Shown here piece after piece: positions 56,916 to 64,000 of a stretch of 64,000 nucleotides of DNA. Origin of the DNA: Candidatus Eiseniibacteriota bacterium (GTDB taxonomy: Bacteria; Eisenbacteria; RBG-16-71-46). The position numbers were made by a program, and so were the translations under genes. The notes beneath the pieces were generated by a model. It was not told the DNA's origin, made no database searches, and saw only the letters and a list, made by a program, of their open reading frames with translations. The stretch is taken from contig CAVQXP010000004.1 of NCBI GenBank assembly GCA_963717935.1, forward strand, positions 1,312,001 to 1,376,000, given 5' to 3'. Position 1 is the first letter of the stretch; each line of letters begins with the position of its first letter.

Positions 56916-58766
56916 ATGAAACGACCGACGTACATCCTCGGGATCTCGGCCTTCTACCATGACAGTGCGGCCGCCCTCATTCGCGACGGCGAGATTGTCG
57001 CCGCGGCCCAGGAGGAGCGCTTCTCCCGCAAGAAGCACGACCCCCGTTTCCCCGCCCACGCGGTAAAGTACTGTCTTGCGTTTGCCGGCCTCGAACTTGG
57101 GGACGTGGACTACGTCGTTTTCTACGACAAGCCGATGCTGAAGTTCGAGCGCCTGCTCGAGACCTACTACGCCTTCGCTCCGCGTGGCGTGGCCTCCTTC
57201 GTCACCGCCATGCCGGTCTGGCTGAAGGAGAAGCTCGCGCTCAAGCGGCTGCTCCGCGACGAGCTCGAGAACCTCGGCCGGGGCCCGGTCCGCGGCAAAC
57301 TGCTCTTCCCAGAGCACCACCTGTCGCACGCCGCGAGTGCCTTCTACCCGTCGCCCTACGACGAGGCTGCGGTCCTCACGGTGGACGGCGTGGGCGAGTA
57401 CGCCACGACCACGGGCGGACACGGCCGGGGAAGGGACCTGCGAATCACCCGACAGATCGACTTCCCGCACTCACTCGGCCTGCTCTACTCAGCCTTCACC
57501 TACCATACCGGCTTCAAGGTGAACTCCGGCGAATACAAGGTCATGGGCCTGGCGCCCTATGGCGAGCCTCGCTATGTGAAGACACTCTATGAGCATATCA
57601 TCGACGTGCGACCGGACGGCTCGTACCGGCTCGATATGAAGTACTTCGAGTACGCCACCGGCCTGAAGATGACCAGCGGCGCATTCGACGAGTTGTTCGG
57701 GCACAAGCCCCGTGATCCCGAGAGCACGCTCACGCAGCACGAGATGGACATGGCCGCCTCCCTGCAGGTCGTCACCGAGGAGGTCATGCTCAAGCTCGCC
57801 TGCCACGCGCACGAGCAGACCCGCTCAAAGAACCTGGTGCTGGCCGGTGGGGTCGCGCTCAACTGTGTGGCCAACGGTCGGATCCTGCGGGAGGGGCCTT
57901 TCGAGAATGTCTGGATTCAGCCCGCCGCGGGCGATGCCGGCGGCGCGGTCGGCGCGGCGCTCGCGGTGTGGCACATGTATCTTGGCAATGGGCGCCAGAG
58001 CGACGGGCGGACCGACCGCATGAAGGGCGCCTACCTTGGCCCGGAGTTCAGCGACGACGAGGTCGAGCGCCGACTTGCGCGCCTGGGCGCGGTCGCCACG
58101 CGCATCCCGGACGACGACGTGCTCTACCGCGAGGCCGCCCGGCTGATCGACGAGGGCAATGTCATCGGCTGGCACCAGGGCCGCATGGAGTTCGGCCCCC
58201 GCGCGCTCGGCGCGCGCTCGATCGTGGGTGACGCGCGAAACAAGGAAATGCAGAAGAAGATGAATCTGAAGATCAAGTACCGCGAGTCGTTCCGGCCCTT
58301 TGCGCCCTCGGTCATGCTCGAGATGGTCAACGAGTACTTCGACCTCGACCGCGAGTCCCCGTACATGCTGCTGGTCGACTACGTCAAGAAGGGGCGCCAG
58401 AATCCGATGACCGAGGAGCAGGAGCGGCTCTTTGGCATCGACAAGCTGAACATCATCCGGTCTGACATCCCAGCCATCACGCACATCGACTATTCCGCGC
58501 GTATCCAGACCGTGGACCGCGCCACCGCCCCGCGGTACTGGAACCTGATCAACGCCTTCAAGGAGCGCTCGGGCTACGGCATCGTCGTCAACACCTCGTT
58601 CAACGTTCGCGGCGAGCCGATCGTGTGCACGCCCGAGGATTCGTACCTATGCTTCATGCGCACCGAGATGGACTACCTCTTCTGCGGGAACTGGATGATG
58701 TCGAAGACCGAGCAGCCAAAGCTGCGCGACGACGTCGACTGGCGCCGGCAGTACGAACTCGACTAG
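56916..58766 (+). CDS. Carbamoyltransferase (NodU/CmcH/SxtI family)
   Basis: ILGISAFYHDSAA, EERFSRKKH, HHLSHAASA, GEYKVMGLAPYG, GGVALNC, FGPRALG, RESFRPFAP, NTSFN. Confidence 0.95.
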   Translation: MKRPTYILGISAFYHDSAAALIRDGEIVAAAQEERFSRKKHDPRFPAHAVKYCLAFAGLELGDVDYVVFYDKPMLKFERLLETYYAFAPRGVASFVTAMPVWLKEKLALKRLLRDELENLGRGPVRGKLLFPEHHLSHAASAFYPSPYDEAAVLTVDGVGEYATTTGGHGRGRDLRITRQIDFPHSLGLLYSAFTYHTGFKVNSGEYKVMGLAPYGEPRYVKTLYEHIIDVRPDGSYRLDMKYFEYATGLKMTSGAFDELFGHKPRDPESTLTQHEMDMAASLQVVTEEVMLKLACHAHEQTRSKNLVLAGGVALNCVANGRILREGPFENVWIQPAAGDAGGAVGAALAVWHMYLGNGRQSDGRTDRMKGAYLGPEFSDDEVERRLARLGAVATRIPDDDVLYREAARLIDEGNVIGWHQGRMEFGPRALGARSIVGDARNKEMQKKMNLKIKYRESFRPFAPSVMLEMVNEYFDLDRESPYMLLVDYVKKGRQNPMTEEQERLFGIDKLNIIRSDIPAITHIDYSARIQTVDRATAPRYWNLINAFKERSGYGIVVNTSFNVRGEPIVCTPEDSYLCFMRTEMDYLFCGNWMMSKTEQPKLRDDVDWRRQYELD

Positions 58767-58790
58767 CCCGACCGGAGGAGGGAGACCACG

Positions 58791-59186
58791 ATGTCGAAAG
58801 TCTCTGACTACCAGACGCGCCTCGGCTCCATGCAACTGGCGGGGGCTTTTGCGCTGCTCTTCCTAGTCCTGCATCTGCTGCACCAACGTTCCGACCCGCT
58901 GTTCCTCCACATCGCGGTCGGCTGCCTGGTGCTCGGGGTGTTCTTCTATCGCCTGCTGACGCCGGTCTTCTGGCTCTGGTCCCGCTTCGGCACGCTCCTC
59001 AACAAGGTGATCGGGCCGCTCGTCTTTGGCCTGCTCTTCTACGGCTTCCTGACGCCGATTGCGCTGCTGCGCCGGCTGGCAGGCGGCAAGGGTCTGCCGA
59101 CCGGCTTCGCGCCGCCGGGGGAGAGCGCCTGGATCAAGCGCGGGGACGAGCCGTTCAAGCCCGCCGAGTTCGAGAGGCAGTTCTAG
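58791..59186 (+). CDS. SxtJ-family membrane protein
   Basis: W.RFG.LL...LFYGFLTPIALL...SAW...ERQF pattern directly after the carbamoyltransferase. Confidence 0.8.
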   Translation: MSKVSDYQTRLGSMQLAGAFALLFLVLHLLHQRSDPLFLHIAVGCLVLGVFFYRLLTPVFWLWSRFGTLLNKVIGPLVFGLLFYGFLTPIALLRRLAGGKGLPTGFAPPGESAWIKRGDEPFKPAEFERQF

Positions 59187-59202
59187 CCCGCCGGGTCGCG
59201 CG

Positions 59203-60579
59203 ATGACCGATCCCCGGCACGCACGGAACGTCAGGGTCCTCTTCGGGCTCGTCACCCTGGCGGGTTTCGTCACGGTGATCATCGGGCTGCTGTTCACCGA
59301 GCGGCTGCTCACTCCGTTTGCAGACCACCCGCACATCAATCCGATCAATGTGCGCTACATCCGCCTTGTGCAGATCCGCTATCTCGTCCTTGGAGCGTCG
59401 CTATCCGCGCTCGGGCTGCTGCTCCCACGCATCATCGGGTTCCGGGACTGGCTGGCGGGGCAGCCCCGCGCGATCAACGTCATCCTGCTGCTGTCCTTCG
59501 TCGCGTGGCCGTGCGCGATTCTTGAGCTGGCGCTCTGGGCGCACCCGCAGTTCTCGACCGCCGAGACCCTCAAGCGCTCGATCAGCTACGTTCCCTCCGC
59601 GTTCAGCGTCCACCGCATGGTAGAGCGCGAGCAGACCGTGCTTGCCCCCGACCTGCTGAACCGCAGGCCCATCTACTCGATTCGAAATGGCTACCGAAGC
59701 CGGCCCTTCGACGTGCGCAAGCCGGCGGGGGAGATCCGCATCTTCATCATCGGCGGGTCCCACGTCCTGGACGCCTGGTCCTACGGGGAGCAGGACTGGC
59801 CCACCGCGACCGAGACCCGTCTGCACGAGCTCGGCTTCCGCAACGTGCGCGTCATCAATGCCGGCACGGCGGGCCACCGCACCTTCGACGCGCTGGGGCG
59901 ACTGGTCTCGGAGATCCACCTCTACGCCCCCGACTACGTGGTGCTCTGCTGCACGTACAACGACCTCAAGTTCTTTCCCTGGGTGAGCCCGGAAAGAACC
60001 CTGCTCAAGGGCATCGAGCCGCTGCCGGGCCCGACGCACCGCCCGATCGGGTTCCTGCGCTGGCTGCTCGAACACAGCCAGCTCTATGTGCGCGCGAGCA
60101 ACGCCGTTGCACAGCTCACCGGGCGTGTCGCGAAGCAAGCGGGCGGCGACCTCGACGTCGCCCCAACCGAGGGCGGCTACCAGGAGATCAGCCCCTACGC
60201 GCTGCGGCAGTATCAGCTGCAGCTGCGGGTCTTCGCGGACATTTGCACGAACGCCGGCATCCAGCCGGTATTCTTCACCGAATCGCGGCTGATCACCCAG
60301 GCCAACTACGCCGAGATTGAGAAGAAGGGTGGCTACCGGACCACGATCAGGCTCGCCCCGGGAACCCTGGCCGACACGTATCGGCAGTGTGACTCGCTGC
60401 TGCGTCTGGTGGCCGAGGAGAAACACGCCTACTTCTTCGATCTGGCGAAGACCGTAAGCGGCATCGAAGCCGACTTCCGTGACCCGATTCACCTTGAACC
60501 ACAGGGTAGCGCTGTCGTCGCGGCGAGCGCGGCCGACTACCTTTCCACCATCCTCAAGAAACGAAAGAGCGAGAGGTGA
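59203..60579 (+). CDS. Membrane-anchored SGNH/GDSL hydrolase-family protein
   Basis: IFIIGGSH, VINAGTAG, YND, FRDPIHL (DxxH). Confidence 0.8.
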   Translation: MTDPRHARNVRVLFGLVTLAGFVTVIIGLLFTERLLTPFADHPHINPINVRYIRLVQIRYLVLGASLSALGLLLPRIIGFRDWLAGQPRAINVILLLSFVAWPCAILELALWAHPQFSTAETLKRSISYVPSAFSVHRMVEREQTVLAPDLLNRRPIYSIRNGYRSRPFDVRKPAGEIRIFIIGGSHVLDAWSYGEQDWPTATETRLHELGFRNVRVINAGTAGHRTFDALGRLVSEIHLYAPDYVVLCCTYNDLKFFPWVSPERTLLKGIEPLPGPTHRPIGFLRWLLEHSQLYVRASNAVAQLTGRVAKQAGGDLDVAPTEGGYQEISPYALRQYQLQLRVFADICTNAGIQPVFFTESRLITQANYAEIEKKGGYRTTIRLAPGTLADTYRQCDSLLRLVAEEKHAYFFDLAKTVSGIEADFRDPIHLEPQGSAVVAASAADYLSTILKKRKSER

Positions 60580-60582
60580 AGC

Positions 60583-60732
60583 ATGGACTTCCTGACTGAC
60601 CTGTGGGTGTTCCTCAAGGAACGCAAGAAGTGGTGGCTGCTCCCCGTCATCGTCGTGGTGCTCGTGTTCGGCATCGTCCTCGTGTTCGGGGGCGCCTCTG
60701 CACTCTCGCCGTTCATCTACGCCCTGTTCTAG
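60583..60732 (+). CDS. SxtK-like (DUF5989) 49-aa membrane peptide
   Basis: Translated by hand: MDFLTDLWVFLKERKKWWLLPVIVVVLVFGIVLVFGGASALSPFIYALF*. Below the ORF-track length cutoff. Confidence 0.88.
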   Translation: MDFLTDLWVFLKERKKWWLLPVIVVVLVFGIVLVFGGASALSPFIYALF

Positions 60733-61027
60733 CAGCACGGAGCGTAGGGCGGGGGGGGGACGTCGGCGCGCGATCGAAATCACACTCACCATGGGTCTGA
60801 CTGCCCCCGCTGCTGCGCCCCCCACGCCGGGCGTCCGGGGCGCGGCGCGCTTGCGTGCCAGTGGGTCCGCAGGAAGGCCGGCATGTGGCCGGGGTCCGCG
60901 CGTTCCGGCAAGTTGCCGCCGTCAGGTCGCCTCTTTCACCCGTACCAAAGCCGGTGTCATCGGTCATGCAAAAGTCCCCACTTGCGGTCAGTGAAAGTTC
61001 CCCACCCGCACCGAGAGGAGGAGCGGG

Positions 61028-62353
61028 ATGGCAGAGCAGCAAGTGGAGGAGCGTGGGACCATGGGCGCCGAGGGATTGGCCCTCGGGGAGGAACGCATGG
61101 TCCGGGAAGACCGTTGGCAGGAGATCCACCGACTGCATCGTGACGAGGGCGTGCCGATCGCCGAGATCGCCCGCCGGCTGGAGCTCGACCGCAAGACCGT
61201 CCGCCGCTGCCTGAGCCAGGGGGCGTGGCAGCCCTACCAGCGGCCGATCCGCACCGACACGCTACTCGCCGAACATGCCGAGCACCTGCGGCGCCGGGCG
61301 CCCGAGGTCCACTACTCGGCCCAGATCCTGTTCCAGGAGCTGCGCCAGCGCGGCTACGGGGGTAGCTACCCGACGGTGAAGCGGTTCGTGCAGCCGCTGC
61401 GCCGGGCCGAGACGCTGGCCGAACGGGCGACGGTGCGCTTCGAGACCCCGCCGGGCCAGCAGAGCCAGATCGACTGGGGCTCGAGTCGGGCGCGCTTCCG
61501 CCATGAACCGGTGGTCCTGCACTGGTTCGTGCTGACCCTGGGCTACAGTCGGCGCAGCTACTTCGACGTCGCGCTCAACGAGCAGTTGCCCCAGTTCCTC
61601 GACGCCCACGAGCGCGCCTTCGATCACTTCGGCGGCCGCACCCGCGAGCACCTCTACGACCGCCCACGCACCATCTGCAGCCCGGCCGGGGACGGGACGG
61701 TGATCTGGAACTCGACCTTCAAGAGCTTCGCCGACTACTGGGGCTTCGAGGCCCGGCTGTGCCGGCCCTACCGGGCCCAGACCAAGGGCAAGGTCGAGTC
61801 GGGGGTCAAGTACGTGAAGCACAACTTCGTGCCGGGGCGCGACTTCGTCGACCTGCTCGACACCCGCGAGCAACTGGCCGAGTGGAACGCCACCATCGCC
61901 GACCTGCGCGTGCACGGCACCACCCATGAGCGGCCGCTCGACCGCTTCGCGGTTGAGCGTGGCCATCTGCTGCCCACCACCCAGCACCCCAGCTACCGGC
62001 TCGAGACCCGCTACGGCCGGATCGTGGCCGACGACTACCTGGTGAGCCTCGACACCAACCGCTACTCGGTGCCCTTCACCCTGATCGGCCAGACCGTGGA
62101 GGTCGAGCGCCGTGCGGGCGAGGTGCGGATCCACCACGCGGGCCGGCTGGTGGTGGCCCACTCCGAGCTCAGTGGCCGTCACCAGGTACGCGTGCTGCCC
62201 GAGCATGGACCCGGCGCCAGCGCCCGCAACCCCCGCCTGCGCAGCTCCACGGCGCCGGCGACGACGTCGCTCCACCAACCCCACGGACTCGACGTCGAGG
62301 TCCGCGACCTGGCGCTCTACGAGGTGCTGTGCGGCCCGGGAGGTGAGGCATGA
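61028..62353 (+). CDS. istA: IS21 transposase
   Basis: HTH (IARRLELDRKTVRR), RFETPPGQQSQIDWG, YRAQTKGKVE, RVHGTT, YSVP. Start may be 61097. Confidence 0.95.
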   Translation: MAEQQVEERGTMGAEGLALGEERMVREDRWQEIHRLHRDEGVPIAEIARRLELDRKTVRRCLSQGAWQPYQRPIRTDTLLAEHAEHLRRRAPEVHYSAQILFQELRQRGYGGSYPTVKRFVQPLRRAETLAERATVRFETPPGQQSQIDWGSSRARFRHEPVVLHWFVLTLGYSRRSYFDVALNEQLPQFLDAHERAFDHFGGRTREHLYDRPRTICSPAGDGTVIWNSTFKSFADYWGFEARLCRPYRAQTKGKVESGVKYVKHNFVPGRDFVDLLDTREQLAEWNATIADLRVHGTTHERPLDRFAVERGHLLPTTQHPSYRLETRYGRIVADDYLVSLDTNRYSVPFTLIGQTVEVERRAGEVRIHHAGRLVVAHSELSGRHQVRVLPEHGPGASARNPRLRSSTAPATTSLHQPHGLDVEVRDLALYEVLCGPGGEA

Positions 62354-63126
62354 ACCCGCTCCAACTCGAGCGCCTGAGCGAGCAGTTGCAGCGACTGCGG
62401 CTGTTCAAGAGCCGCGAACGGCTCGAGGCCCTGCTCCAGGAGGCCAGCGGTGAGGAACTGAGCTACGCCGACTTCCTCGACCGGCTGCTCACCGAGGAGG
62501 TCACCTCCAAGACCGCCAAGAACGTCACCATGCGCACCAGCCTGGCCCGCTTCCCGTTCGTCAAGAGCCTCGAGAGCTTCGACTTCGGCTACCAGCCCTC
62601 GATCGACAAGAAGCAGCTCCAGACCCTGGCCAACTGCCACTTCATCGAGCACGGCGAGAACGTGCTCCTGCTCGGGCCCCCGGGCGTCGGCAAGACTCAC
62701 CTGGCCGTCGGACTGGGCTTGAAGGCCATCGAGTGCGGCTACCGAGTGCTGTTCACCACCGCCGCCGGCATGATCGCCGCCCTCGGCAAGGCCCTGGCCG
62801 AGGGCCGGCTCGACGAGAAGCTCAAGCTCTACACCGTGCCACGGCTCTTGATCATCGACGAGATCGGCTACCTGCCCATCGACCAGACCGGCGCCAACCT
62901 GTTCTTCCAACTCATCAGCCGGCGCTACGAGAAGGGGCCGATGATCCTCACCAGCAACCAGAGCTTCGGCAGCTGGGGCGACGTCTTCGGGGACCGGGTC
63001 ATCGCCGCCGCCATCCTCGACCGGGTCCTCCACCACGCCGTCACCGTCAACATCCGCGGCAACAGCTACCGGCTCAAGGACCGCCTCAAGGCCGGGCTGC
63101 TGCAGCCGGCCGAGACCGTCAGCTAA
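62350..63126 (+). CDS. istB: IS21 helper AAA+ ATPase
   Basis: GPPGVGKTHLA, LIIDEIGYLP, RYE, LTSN, ILDRVLHH, GNSYR. Confidence 0.96.
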   Translation: MNPLQLERLSEQLQRLRLFKSRERLEALLQEASGEELSYADFLDRLLTEEVTSKTAKNVTMRTSLARFPFVKSLESFDFGYQPSIDKKQLQTLANCHFIEHGENVLLLGPPGVGKTHLAVGLGLKAIECGYRVLFTTAAGMIAALGKALAEGRLDEKLKLYTVPRLLIIDEIGYLPIDQTGANLFFQLISRRYEKGPMILTSNQSFGSWGDVFGDRVIAAAILDRVLHHAVTVNIRGNSYRLKDRLKAGLLQPAETVS

Positions 63127-63272
63127 CCCTGGGGTGGGGAGATTTCAATGACCGCAGGTGGGGAGATTTGGGTGACCGTTGACAGCCGGGAGACCCGACG
63201 AGGCGAGCCCGACGGACACCACGCTTTGCCCATGGGTGGCCCGCCTGTTCCCGACGATGTGTTCGGGGGCAT

Positions 63273-64000
63273 TCACGGGCGAACCTTTGCTGCCAGCCGG
63301 CGGGCTAGATCCTTGGCCGACTGCCAGGGCGTCTCGCCGCGGATCCCCGCGGTTCCCAGACGGATTTGCTGCCAGAGCAACGAATAGAACAGGTTGGACC
63401 CGTCGAACAACCGATTCGGATCTCGAAGCTTCCAGGCCAGCATCTGGCGCAACCAGGGCGGATAGACGGCTTGAAATGCCCCGAGGGATTCTCTCGTAAA
63501 GCTCCGGACGATCCTCCACGCCTCGTCCCTCGCCTCGAATGGCAGATCTTCATGGGATCTCCGGGTCCCCACGCTCAACGCCAACAACCGCCAAGCCGAT
63601 ATCCTCCGCAAGTGAGATGTGCCCGCGGACCGCTCCTCTGCAATCTGAGCCAGCACGCCCAAAGCCCGATAACAACTCGAAAACCGGACTATATCCATCC
63701 GGCGGTGCTGCGCAGAATCAGGTCGATGACACGCATGATAGAACACCTCGTCCACATAGCCCACACGCTTGGCTGAACGCAACGCCCGATGCAAGAAGAT
63801 GCTATCCTCGTAATTGCTGAAGTCCTCCGGAAAGCGCAATGCGCCGAAGCGCTCTCGTGAGAAGAGCTTTGTGCAACAACTCAATCCCGCTCTGATATAC
63901 GCTCTCGCGGCTTCCGTATCATCCGCCATGTCCGAGATCCCTGAAAACGAGCGAACCGGCATCGCCTCTCCCGGCCCCTCCTTGCCGAAGGTGAGCCGAC
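63273..64000 (-). CDS. GT2 glycosyltransferase, C-terminal part (5' end outside window)
   Basis: CTKLFSR...RFPE...YEDSIF...FYH..HRPDS pattern. Frame is open to the window edge; visibly more A/T-rich. Confidence 0.65.
   Translation of the reverse strand, partial: RLTFGKEGPGEAMPVRSFSGISDMADDTEAARAYIRAGLSCCTKLFSRERFGALRFPEDFSNYEDSIFLHRALRSAKRVGYVDEVFYHACHRPDSAQHRRMDIVRFSSCYRALGVLAQIAEERSAGTSHLRRISAWRLLALSVGTRRSHEDLPFEARDEAWRIVRSFTRESLGAFQAVYPPWLRQMLAWKLRDPNRLFDGSNLFYSLLWQQIRLGTAGIRGETPWQSAKDLARRLAAKVRP

Larger units (their letters stand above)
60955..63184 (+). mobile_element. Complete IS21-family insertion sequence
   Basis: TGT...ACA ends. IRL TGTCATCGGTCATGCAAAAGTCCCCACTTGCGGTCA matches IRR reverse complement TGTCAACGGTCACCCAAATCTCCCCACCTGCGGTCA, with 24-bp internal repeats. 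Target duplication GCCGG at 60950-60954 and 63185-63189. Confidence 0.95.

Noticed and set aside
56916..60732. Saxitoxin biosynthesis cluster
   Set aside because: Only sxtI/J/K-like homologues are present. No sxtA, sxtG or other core genes, and the context is polysaccharide synthesis.

Overview
Very GC-rich bacterial chromosome segment from a diderm. The SprA-like barrel, lptFG and gene style suggest an FCB-adjacent lineage such as Ca. Eisenbacteria, but that is inference only. Many single-base frameshifts, even in essential genes (accC, lptG, truB, pnp), point to uncorrected long-read indels rather than pseudogenes. Gene order: tail of an unknown CDS; candidate sigma54-driven small RNA behind an NtrC-family regulator; TPR protein, ECF sigma, anti-sigma and an HtrA-like protein with a broken catalytic triad; aroB-aroQ-accB-pilT-like-accC-comB; lptF/lptG divergent from a ~6.3 kb sprA-like T9SS translocon gene and an M28/glutaminyl-cyclase-like lipoprotein; rimP-nusA-infB-DUF503-rbfA-truB-ribF, twin 69-nt hairpins, rpsO-pnp-M16 peptidase; MocR regulator plus aminotransferase; DUF3108 and a DHS-like protein; a ~22 kb surface-polysaccharide locus (wza, wzc, BY-pseudokinase, NTase-like, AlkP-like, two flippases, GT2/DUF2304/YbhN, DegT, GT-C-like, wecB, GT4, sxtIJK-like carbamoylation cassette); an intact IS21-family element with 5-bp target duplication; and a partial GT2. 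Best novelty candidates are the sigma54 sRNA module (765-1132), the sprA plus QC-like pair, the twin hairpins with identical apical core, and the HtrA pseudoprotease.
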